A stretch of 64,000 nt of DNA from Bispira polyomma (taxonomy: Eukaryota), in NCBI GenBank assembly GCA_965649765.1, contig OZ287756.1, positions 744,001 through 808,000 on the forward strand. Direction: 5' to 3'. Position numbers and translations under genes: made by a program. Each line of letters starts with the position of its first letter. Position 1 is the first letter of the stretch. This document shows, one piece after another, positions 37,185 through 48,529 of this stretch. The notes beneath the pieces are model-generated. The model did no database searches, was not told the DNA's origin, and saw only the letters and a list, made by a program, of their open reading frames with translations.

Positions 37185-37714
37185 CTGTATAAAAATATGA
37201 TACGGCTGTTTTGATACCTGTGAATATTTTAGAGGTTTATTTTGTCAGAATTTGAAATAAAATACCGAATGATGGTGTGAAAACTGTATAAAAAGCCTGA
37301 TAACGTCCCTCTAATATTGCCCCAACAAGTTGAAGCCAATAATCACAAGACTCAAAACAGAGTTATTATAGCACAGGAGCGCTGCAACCACTGGATCCAC
37401 AAGCACAATCGAGTCCTTCTATAGACATCTATTTGATTAAAATACTAAAATAAAGACTAAAATGACTAAGATCCACGAAAAAGTTCAGCAAATATATTTT
37501 TGTGTATTTGCTTAAAATGGCGTCTTGCCACTTCAGATTTAGTTTTTAAAGTGAGGCAAACGTGTATTTTGGCGCCAGGCTAGTATTTAATGAGGGCAAG
37601 TTACACCAATGAATCTGGGGTCAATTGGTGAGGGCTACATGCTAGTATTATGTTACCTGAAGCACTGAACCCACTAGCACCTTCGTGCTACCTAGCACTC
37701 AATGTAGTGAACAT

Positions 37715-38030
37715 GTTGATCCTAGACAATTGCTTGATTTTCTTAAATTACCAATTAAAGAATTTTCTATTGTTTTTGTGTAAATAAAAGTAAGCAAGAC
37801 AAAAATGTAACTTTAAAATTGGAATCAGAAATAAATAAAATTGATGCTTCCATGAGGAATGATATATTTGGTCATGAAGAAACTAATTCGCTCCTAGATC
37901 ATAGAGAACATTAAGGTTACAATTAGAAACAAGGAGAAATGGGAACAGCTTTCTTTCGTCGCCTTGAAAAACAACATCAAAACTTTAATAAAATTTATTC
38001 ATTGAAAACAAAACAGGTATTGTAACACAG
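37715..38030 (+). mobile_element. Tx1/L1 LINE continuation
   Basis: LDFLKLPIKEFSI and QGEMGTAFFRRLEK...IYSL (Tx1 post-APE GEKxTxYFxxLEK-like motif). Confidence 0.65.
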
Positions 38031-38034
38031 ATTG

Positions 38035-38461
38035 AAAGCGAACGCCCTCAGCATTCTCGGCATCAGTTCTGGCGTACAAGGCTGATCACTACTATGGGAT
38101 AGATAGGCGAGTAAATAAGCCCATCCCCCTTTTCAAATTCTCCCGCCTTTTTACCATTTCGTCAGCAGAACAAATAGGAAATTTTAGAACATGGTTTGGG
38201 TGACAAAGAGAGTTGGGTTCTATAGTTTATTTGGCTCCTTCAAGTAAAATTAAATCTCAGAGAACTGGGGTAAATGATGTGATTGTGAAAAAAGTGGTTG
38301 GGTGGCTACAGAATTACGTGTTGATGGGTAGTGCTAAAACGCGCCCAAGTTATGATGACTTAACCTTAGTACAGTGTGTTTGTGGCTTCACCCGGATCGC
38401 ACATGAAGAGAAATTGACTGAAATTAAGAATGCAATGTTAGACTATATGGCTTCCTTCTAA
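38035..38461 (+). mobile_element. YR retrotransposon 5' fragment (element 4)
   Basis: gag KIKSQR...WLQNYVL...PSYDDLTLVQCVCGF...MLDYM is homologous to element 2 gag. The 5' leader (ctcagc...ctactatgggata...ataagcccatcccc) resembles 16128-16205. Confidence 0.8.
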
Positions 38462-39423
38462 TATAGACGTCGGCATAAAAAATTATATATTCTGCAATTA
38501 CATCAATGGTTAATATTAATTATTAATAAAAAAAGACTGTAGTACCTCTAGCGGACAAAACCCAAACCATTGTCAAGTACACAGATAGATATGCACCTGT
38601 TGTTTACTTTTCTCTAACGACCTTTACACGAAATTGACAATGCAGTGTGTATATATAAGCAAGGAAGTTTATAACAAATAAAACGAACAGAAATGGTTGG
38701 AAATATAATGGTATAATTTATTTTTTAATATAATTAACTAAATAACCCTGCCTTGTTGTACACCATTTCTGCGCTTTATTTATTCTCATACTTCAAATAT
38801 CATGCACTAATATATGTTCCCCAGTCAAAGATCAAAGCCATTTTCACGTGACAGCATTATGACATTTCATATACAGTACATGTGCTTCATGTCTTTGACA
38901 AATAAAAATATATATATCGAGCCATTATTAACAACAAATGAAATAGGAAATGGCTGGAAATCTGAAAAGAAGTAAGAAACAATATTTTACCATATATCTT
39001 CACGTTATTTCCATAATATTTCCTTATTCTGATTCCTGCAAATATATCAATATCGCCCCTGTCAGGGACAGAATCCTAGCAAAATATTTTTACTTTCTTA
39101 GTATACACAGATTTCAACCTCTCAGAATATCAGCTGATATGTGCGTAGTTTAAAATATGGATTCACAATTCAATTTCCTTTGTTAATTCGATGCGGTTTA
39201 CTTAAATAAAACATAAATAATATTTACCTTATGTATATAAGGCCTGCTTAAAATTATTTACTTTGTTGTTAAAGGGTGAGATTTCCATTGAACTTTTGTT
39301 CTAATTGTGACCAAAATATTGAAATAAAATGGCGTCTGTACTGTTTATTTAGGGTAAGTGAAAATATAAGATGTTTTGTACAAACTAGTTGGCCAATACA
39401 GCTCCATCTTCTCGACCAGTGTC

Positions 39424-39606
39424 TACATGGGCGGTCACAATAGTGTCCGGGTCACAATATCGATTGATGCACGTAGATTTCTCAAAAATAAAATATAGTA
39501 TTGTTTAACTTAATTTATAGGCATAAAGTATCATGTATTTTCAATATTAATTTCTGTCAGTAAGTTCTTTAAAAATAAAACTAACACTATTGTGACCACC
39601 CATGTA
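39424..39606. mobile_element. Tc1/mariner-type MITE (~180 bp)
   Basis: TA-catgggcggtcacaatagtgt ... acactattgtgaccacccatg-TA: 21-bp TIRs with 1 mismatch and a TA duplication. Confidence 0.8.
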
Positions 39607-40099
39607 GTCCACTATTTTTGTACTTTTTAGCAACTTTTTATCTCGATTTGTGGTGACCACTGTTTCACTGTGTTCTTGTTTTTGTCCTGTTTTCAAAAGA
39701 GAGGGGGGAATTGGTTGTAAAATTTCTAAACATGAGGACATGTACAGGTTTGGGGAGTTTCGTATTAAATCATGTTGAAATTGTTTATTAAAGCTGTATG
39801 ACAGCTACTTCATTTATACATTTCTAAATTTGTATTTTATGCTGGTTTAAGTTTTGTATGATTAAATTGTATTTTGTGCACATAAACCCAGAGGCAATGT
39901 TACCGATAAATAGAACATTGCTTCGTGAAATAGATTAAACAGAACATTTCACCATACAAAACCATCTAATACAAACTATAACCTACATTTTAGAATTTGA
40001 ATGTACATCAGTGAATCAGTTCAGCAATAAGGTGTTCGGTCTACAACACTTGATAAGAAAGTGAGCATTCTAAGTAAATGGTCTCATCTAAAGTCCCTC

Positions 40100-43000
40100 T
40101 CTTCAGTTATCTGGTTGGCGTTCTATCTATTGGTGTGTGTACCAAAACCATCAGATGGCAATCTGTCTTCTTATTTGTAGGCAGAAGTGTCAGTATCCTG
40201 ATGTATTCTCGAAAACAATTTTATATAGTATAAAATAGTGTCTCCTTCCTTCCTCGTTATGCCCTTCCCCTGCCACGAACAATGTTCACAGTAATCAGCT
40301 CAATCACCTCCAACCTTGTCTGAGACAATGAACCAGGACAGTGTAGGAGTTATGTATAGGTATATATCTACTCCCCACAACCCCTTAATCAAACTGTTTT
40401 GTGTAAAGCTACCATTATTTGTCATCACTCAAAGGTCACAGTCCTGAAGTAGATTCTTCCAAGTCCTTGCCTTGTCATCGTGTAGTGAAAATCTTAATGT
40501 ATTGAGGATGTCCTTTAGCTGGTTGAAATATTAGTAAAATATTTATAGTATGCAAGCCTTTGGTTGAATTATGTTTATTTTATATTTTGTGAAAAATTGA
40601 TTAGACTAATTTTGTACAGTACAATCTAGCACATATCAGCCCCATCACAAATTAGTTACTTTTAGTAAGACCCTCAAATAAGATTTAGTAGCTACAGCAC
40701 TCAAGTAATTTGATAGTCATAGCAAAATCTTTCTTGACACCCCAATTTACTTCAAATAATTTCATTTATTACCTAAACATTATTTATGGTGACCAATTAG
40801 ATACTTTTCTCTTTTCAATTTCCCTATTCTGTTTACTTTTTCTAAAAAGTTGGTACTGTAAACCTCTAGTCTTTGAAAGATTAACTTGCCTTGTCCACTC
40901 GTTTTTGAAAGATTTTGGTTCATCAGTGGTATGGTCAGGGTTTTTCAGGTTGTTTTTGCCTGATGTATAACCCCTTCCCTATGTCATTATAGCAATATTT
41001 TTTTGCAACTACTGATTATAGACAATTATTTAGATGGTTATGTAAAATGTTATATTTATATATTAACAAATACAGTTTTAGTTAAAACTCAAAGTTGTGT
41101 GCTTCACTAATTTCTGCTTATTGATTCACCTTTCTTGACATTTATAAAATAGCATTAGGGAACTGAGTTTTATAGCTTTTGACAAAGAATAAGTTAGTTT
41201 TAGTATTTTTCAACAAATAATTAATCAGTAATAAGTAACTTTAATACCTAATATGTTAGTTTACCTGGCTCCAGCACAAACATTAATAACTACAACGCAT
41301 ATTAAGTTATTTTTGTTAAGTCTGATTTGGTTGTGATACACATAAAACTAGTCCCATTACCTACTACACATATTAAACTAGTTTTATTAACTACACTTCA
41401 CAGTTACCTAGCTTCAGTAGCTCTACCACATATTAAGCTCAGTACAAGAAGCTTTAGTACTACTCCTTACTGAACCCTCAGTCGTTTCCCCATTTGACTG
41501 ACCTTGTATATGACATCCCCACTAAAGCCCCATTACAGCAATGGATTAGGTAATAACAGTTATTGTGTTTACTGACAGAAGAACCCTCCCAAGACAACAG
41601 TTCTTCTAAAACACTGTCTCTTTGATCAGAGTTTTCCATGCAAACTGGGACCTCATTGTGAATTAGCGAGTCAAACATATCAATACTGTTTACTGTAAAA
41701 CAGGCCCCACTGTGGAGAGAAACAAGCGGAGTTTTATGTGGTTATGGCTAAAAGCCAAAATAATAGAGTGACATAAATGCATTTTTATATTTATAGTATG
41801 TAAAGAAGTGTCACATTTCACCTAATTCCTGGAAATCTGGGCTAGACTTTTCTTTCCAAATATAGTCGTTCATTGTAATCACCTCTCAAATGTAGGGTAA
41901 CCTTCAAGACACATTTCCAAATACACTATTTCAATTCCACAAAATTAAGATCAAAAACCAGTAATTTCTGATTTGGTAATGAAATAGTAGCTCGGATTCC
42001 ACCAAGCAAGTGCTGACGACCAAAAATAACATAGAAACACAGTCTTTGCACAAGTTGTGATATTGAGGTGAGGTTGACGTTTAGGTCATAGAGGTCAAAT
42101 CTGTTTGGGATATTTATTTATGTATGTAAAACCTTGCCTCTATGTGCAACTACATAGAAATGTTAAGCAATGATAAATTTTAAAAGAAATGCCAAAATAG
42201 CAATAAAAGTACGTAAATACATTTAAAGGGTGATCATACAACCTTAGCATAGGGAGTAATGCAACCCTAGCACAGAAAAGTGCCGAAGAGGGTTGAGGGT
42301 TTAGCCCAACCACCTTGGCAGTTACCTATACAATATGAAAATTTGTGGGTAGTATGACCTCGGTGCAATTAAATATGTAAACCTTTAATCAGAGGGTGAG
42401 GGGAGATGGGTTAAATTTCCAATGCTAGCACTTTAGCTTTTAACCTTATTGTGACCCCACAATGCTTTAACTGTGACCAAACAATGCTTCCCCATAGTAA
42501 ACAATCAGTTCTTGGCGTTGCACTCATCGATCAGGTGATGCTTGTAAACAGTCTGTTGTTACGTCAGATGTAGTAAGAGGGTAAATTGTGCCCGCGACTG
42601 AAGGGTTATGCTGTGGCCCACAGTGCAATTTGTAGCGTCAATATTTACTCCTGTTAATCTTAAAGACTTGATTTAGGCCGGATTGTAATATTTGTAACTA
42701 ACTGGAGGTTAATCATTGTTGGGTTGAAAGCCGGTGTAAGCTCTTGAATTGTGTAGTTGTGTTTGATAACCTAGGGATTTTAATGATTCCTCCACACAGA
42801 CAATTTTTAATTGAAATGGAGTGTACTTTAATTTATAGTGATTACAGTTTTACCCAGTTTTCTTATAGTATCAGTAGCAGTGACAAAATAATAATAAACC
42901 CATCACTGTTTTTCACAAAAAAACATAAAATCTATTCTACCAGATAAGTTTGATAACTTTGTCATCTTTAAGTAAGTTATAAGACAACTTTGACCAAGGT

Positions 43001-44194
43001 TGGAATATTTTACAAATTCTACAGAAGCAGTCTTTTAAAATGATTTTACGAGTTCTACAATTTTTACTCATAATTAGTAAATATTACAGTCGTCAGCAGT
43101 GTTGAAATAAATAATGAAAATGAGAACATTAGTTCCATCAGAAAAAAAAAACATTGTAAATAAATGAAGATTAATTTGAGTCCAGATGGGCTGTGATATG
43201 AGCTAAAAATCCTTGTCTTTTAGAAATGGCCATTACTTACCTAAGCTTGATGAATGAGTTTAACAACACGAAGCTGAAGTGTTGTTGGATTAAGTCCATC
43301 TTCCACTCCCATTTATTGGACATACCAGTCAAGCTATACTATCTGTGACATTAATACTGATTATTAAACCTTTTACAGCAACAACTACTTAGGGTTGGGC
43401 AATTCGTCCTGGGGTCACTTGGCCATGCTGGTTGTAGTTTAGAAAATCCCTTGCCACCAGTAAAGTTGAATATCAGTAAAGTATGACTAACGAAAACTGT
43501 AATAATATTATATGGATACTTTTACGGCACCAAGATAACCCTGCAATAACCCCCTGTTCCCAATGTAAACTTATCATTGTAGTGGCGACAAATTGAGAAC
43601 AACTTCTGCAGAGTAGTCTGTCAGGGTTTCTCAACCCATAACTAACAACCTTCAGCAGGCCAACTTTCCTATATACATGACCAAGTTTTAGAACTGCAGG
43701 GGTTGGATGTCACAGTGTTGACTTTATACTACCAAGGCTGCACATACATCAATAGTGTTTTGTTAAGTCCTTGTCACGTATTTATCAAACATGAACTAGA
43801 TGAGCTGATATACAATACCATGCCTTGAAGCATCCAAATGGCACTGTAAAAACATTTTAAAACCTCCAGGTCCCCCACTGGCGTGATGTGTTCTCAATTA
43901 ACTACACCCATTGCAATGGTAAAAAACATCTACTCCGTCTTTCAAAACAGCCTGTGATTTTCAGCTCCATAAACCAAGGGGTCGTGAAAGTGTAAAGACA
44001 TAAACTGCTTCATTGAAGATATTGGGTCAGGGTATGAGGTGATTTTATTTTGTAATATGCCAAGACTATGGGTGTTACGGGGTCATCGATTGATTGGAAC
44101 TTGTGAGCTACAATAGAGGTTTTTCAAAAATACACTGTGTTTAAGATAGGATTCATTAGTAGGAGGTTCAGTTAAAGTGTTTAACTTAATTAAG
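40100..44194 (-). pseudogene. Copy 4 (most diverged) of the unidentified multi-exon gene family
   Basis: F (~43875-44194, acceptor aatacag|; KQFMSLHFHDPLVYGAENHRLF), D (~43020-43320), C (41480-41750; VLEELLSWEGSSVSKHNNCYYLIHCCNG) and B (40230-40450; GLWGVDIYLYITPTLSWFIVSDKVGGD*ADYCEHCSW). Confidence 0.7.
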
Positions 44195-44266
44195 CTGTAT
44201 TGAATACGAAAGTAATGCATGGTATAAAATAACATAACAGGAAACAGGATAAACTATACACAGTTC

Positions 44267-47200
44267 CAACATCTCTATTTTCTATCTTTAGCCTTAGCGA
44301 CAGAGTTACTTCATCAACACGTACAGCACCACACAAGAACAATATTGGATTACTAGTTTATCTACAGAAATATCGTCAACAACCCTCTGTAAATAAGCAC
44401 CATATGCTCTTAAACTTGTGTTTCTTATATTTCCTTCATGTTGCAAATTTGTTTACTTCTACTGTAGAGAGATCCAATGAAACACAACCATATAACGATA
44501 TACCATACCTTCTGGTACCATACAGCCATACAGCTATAACACTTCCATCCACATTTCCATATCACATATTTACCTCAGACCCTTCTGTGCTCTGGGTTGG
44601 ACAACGAAAGGGGTAGGGTTAACATTTTGACCATTATTCTACAGCAATCCACAGAGAGGATTTGAACACCAGACCTATCTTAATGTTTTTTACAAACTTC
44701 CGTCTGTGATTTAAGGCTGTCGCTATAATGTTTGACCCATCCTTACTTTAAGGTAAACATTGACTTTAAACTGATAAATGTGTGTGTTGCGAAATTGTGA
44801 ATAGTCCCTGACCTTAAGTAACCTCAGAACATATAAATTACATATAAGTGTTTGTTTGTAATATTATATTGAAAAAATTACTTTTTCACTGAAACAAAAC
44901 CAAACAAAGTCATTCTCGAGAAATATGTTCCTTTGTGTAGAAAGTAACATCATGTGCATTGTTGTGGACATTTACAGTAATACATGTGTCAGTGATTGGA
45001 TGGTAAGTGACACACACTTCCCTTGTCACTGTGTTAAAATGATAGGTCTGACTGACTAATACTAATCCAATAAACAACTACAGAAGGAAACATTTTAGTC
45101 TGTTGCAGCAGAGAATAAAAGAGTGACTGCAGGAATAAAGAAAGCTGAACACTTATTTTATGAACAGTTTAGTAAAATTAACAGTTACTGCTTCATCGCA
45201 ATGGGTAACTGGGATCCTTGTTATCAAACTGTGTTTCTGCTATGCACAATATAAACTGAAGTAAACTATCTACACAATATAAAGACTTAAATGTTCAAGA
45301 AAATAGCAAGAACAAAAATGGAATAAACAGGTACCTTCTCATTAATGCACTGTTTACATGTTGTTGTTTTTTTGTTGTTATTTCATATTCATGTTAACAT
45401 GAAGAATTTGGGTTCTATTATCTACTGATTAGACAGTATCAGTTTTCTTAAAAAGAATGATAAAAATAGAAAGGATGTTGTAAAAGCGATAACTGACATA
45501 GCACGAATAAGGAACTGAAAACCTTGTCAGAATTGGGACATTCAAGTCAAGTATACAGTGATTGATAACACAAAGAGGTTTTTCAGAGAAATCAGGCATT
45601 GCTCCTTGTGACAACATTATAAATAGTAAAAGAGTTGCGACATTTGTGAAATTGCTACCTGACATGATGATTTGGCTATTTGTAACATGTTTCATCCAAC
45701 TCGAAGGCCATTTATTAAATTCGATAACCCAGCCAATCGCCATAGTGCCAAAACTGGAAGTATGCTCTTGCTTGTCCCATGTCACACCTCCATTAAGGTA
45801 AATTTGGTGTAATCCTAGTGATACACATACAAGCAAATCATCAAAAAATGCAATCTACACAAGCGAAACATGACTTCCTTGGCGAAGGTAATAAATCCTT
45901 TCCCCCAATTTGTCACACAGAATTCATAAAAAGTTTAACATGGATGGAGACACTATTTAAATATTCTAGTAACAGTTAAATGAGCTAGAAAATACAACAA
46001 TTTTATCCAGTAGATCCATACCACCAATCAATCACTAATCAATGTTTGAAGAAAGAAAATTGCAACTCTAATATGTTTGTTGGAATTATGTAGTTTGTAG
46101 ATATGCCTAAGCAGCTAAAATAAATGTTGAAAAGTAGACAAATCACTTTGTTGTGTTCTGGGATGGATTTAACTTTGTGGATATTTCACCTGACCTTTTG
46201 TCCTTGAACTTCTTTTATTATAATATCCCATTGGAATATTTTGCCTACACACTTAAGTTGGTGTGTTTAAAAGTTAACTTATTTTATGTCACTAGTATTG
46301 TACTTTAACTTAGTGTGTCAATACCACCTTGGTTACTTTATGTTATTGAAACTAAATTAGACTGGCAACCCGAATATGTTTGTTGCAATTCATCCTGTTA
46401 ATCAAGCGATCTATATTGTTACATTTAGAACCCTCTCACAACAAGTTTAGTACTCTGTCACAAAAAAAGTATGCCATCACAAATAATGTAAACATCTTTA
46501 AACAAGGCCTTAGACAGAAGCAAAAATATCAGGTCTTAATTACCCTGAATGTTTACATGTCATAGCCTACATCAATCTTGAAAAAATACATTTAACAATA
46601 ATAGTTTATTTCTGTACTCATAATACGTAGTTACTACATGTATGACAAACAGATAAAAAAGACAAACACACAAAAACTGAGAAAGTTGGAAACAGACAAA
46701 TTATTTACAACAGCACCGTAAGTGTATAACAAAATAAGAGGGCACTTTACATGTACAATTTAATTCAAACTTGTTCTTCATAGAGATTATTTAACATAAA
46801 ATTTATTTTATTAATTGTAAATGTTGTAGTGTTATTATTCCTTAGATACAGAAAGTCCTTAATATTATCAATAATATGACATTCATTTCTCTCATTCGTA
46901 CCATTTTTACAGGTCTTAAAAATTTTGTTACTGTAGGTCTCACAGAGTTTATTATTACTGACATTAGAGGTATTCCCTAACAAAGCCATCTTAGCACAAG
47001 TGTAGATGACATAGTTTGTACCACAAATAAAACTCTGAAAAAATTGTAAAAATCTCTTATACATCTGAATGTCACATTTGATATTTGATTTCATATTAAT
47101 GTTGTTTCGGTTTAATGCTTTGTCATTACCTTAAGTTAACATCACATTAAAATATAACAGTTCTACATTGAATTGACTATTTCATCATCCTGATGTATAC

Positions 47201-48516
47201 TTGATTTTCTTACAAATTAATTGTCAATATATATGTCTCATATATCTCATGTCTCACATATTTTTCATATATACTACCAAGCTTAAATGGGCATATGGCA
47301 AGACATTCCCAACTGAATATCTTGGATAAACTAATTACAATAATTGGTGAATCAGAGACAGAGAATGTAACCAATATTTGAATGAGAGATATATAATGGT
47401 TACATCGGATTGCATGACAGTCCTATTAACCTGCATAACAGGAAAGTTCACCCTAAAGTGGAAGGGTTTCTATTTATCACTTTTATGACTCTAACAATGC
47501 AGCATCAAAGTGTAATGGTATGTTGACAAAACATACATAAATAATTGAAGAGATTTTCATTGCTAAAACTATTCCACACCATAAATATGATTTTGCGGTT
47601 TTACACCAATTATATGTGCTACAGTAAAGGATATCAAGTAGAATAGCATTATTACAATAGACATATCTCAGAATTCAAGCTAAAACTTATTGTAGAAAAC
47701 ATTTCAATAACAAGGAGCATTATAGGTTTTAAAAGGCTGTTTTTATGGAACATATAGTCTGATTATGCACAAAACTCAAAATCAAAACACAGATTTATGC
47801 ATCTAGTTTGATTGAATGGTGAGTGACTGGAAACAAGTTAACACTCCGGAAATACTAGATAAAACCAAATTTAAGGACAAGAGTAGGTATTGTGAAAAAA
47901 CAGTTGCAGTTGTTTATTTTTTTATTTATTTATACACAAGGTATAATATTACAAATACAGAATACAAAAATGTTAAATATATATTATATGTGGGTTGTGG
48001 GGTGTTTAGGATCACATTAACAATGTATACCTAATATATAGCCAGTTAGGACCAAAAGGCTTAATGTAGCTAACATGCTAGCTGTGTACTGAGATTTAAT
48101 GAGAGTCAGAATTACAAGTAGTGTCAAATACTGATTCAGATGGTAAAGAAATATTCACTGTCAGTTCTTATATTCACAGAATACGTTTTAGAGGGAACCT
48201 TTGATTCCTGTTGTAGTATTGATAACACTTTTAAAAGATGCAATTTTTACAGATTCGTTAGACAGATATTGGGACATATATATTACCTAAGGCCAGGAAT
48301 AGATGCCAGTAGGGCATTACATATGAATAAATCAGATGATTCTGTTTTGGCTGGCATATACCATTAGTCAATACTTTGCATTACACATTATATTTATCTG
48401 TTTCTATTTCTGAAATACTTGATGTAACTCTTTTAGTATCATAATAATGCTATGTAGTCTTACTTAGGTAGACTTTTAAAGGAGCCCTTGTATTTTAGTT
48501 TTACTGATCAGAAAAA
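44267..48516 (+). repeat. Recent tandem segmental duplication, unit A (~4.25 kb)
   Basis: Near-identical to 48530-53473 (offset 4769 at the 45429/50198 ORF pair). Both units end in actgatcagaaaaact. Confidence 0.95.
45430..45895 (-). mobile_element. Non-autonomous Helentron/HINE-like element (duplicated at ~50200-50664)
   Basis: Minus strand starts ttattaccttcgccaaggaagtcatgtt (hairpin cctt-cgcc-aagg), then ...ggattacaccaaat...acatgggacaagcaagag...ttttgg. This layout resembles widespread animal HINE-type repeats. Confidence 0.5.
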
Positions 48517-48529
48517 CTACAACATCTAC

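Larger units (their letters stand above)
32070..37700 (-). mobile_element. Tyrosine-recombinase retrotransposon (Ngaro/DIRS-like), element 2, near-complete, nested in the Tx1 LINE
   Basis: Order is gag, RT/RNase H, YR on the minus strand with few lesions. Tx1 coding sequence flanks both sides. 5' motif AGGTAGCAC at 37693-37685. Confidence 0.93.

Noticed and set aside
15500-44194. Alternative genetic code (TAA/TAG = Gln) to explain the shared stops
   Set aside because: The copies also have TGA stops and frameshifts, and TE ORFs in the window end at standard stops. Ordinary C-to-T decay is sufficient.
45429-45836. 135-aa ORF present twice (also 50198-50605)
   Set aside because: It lies inside a HINE-like repeat, and its 'conservation' only reflects the recent near-identical duplication.
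46765-47094. 109-aa ORF (also 51532-51861) as a host gene
   Set aside because: Low-complexity AT-rich sequence, at most a Tx1/L1 C-terminal remnant, duplicated passively.
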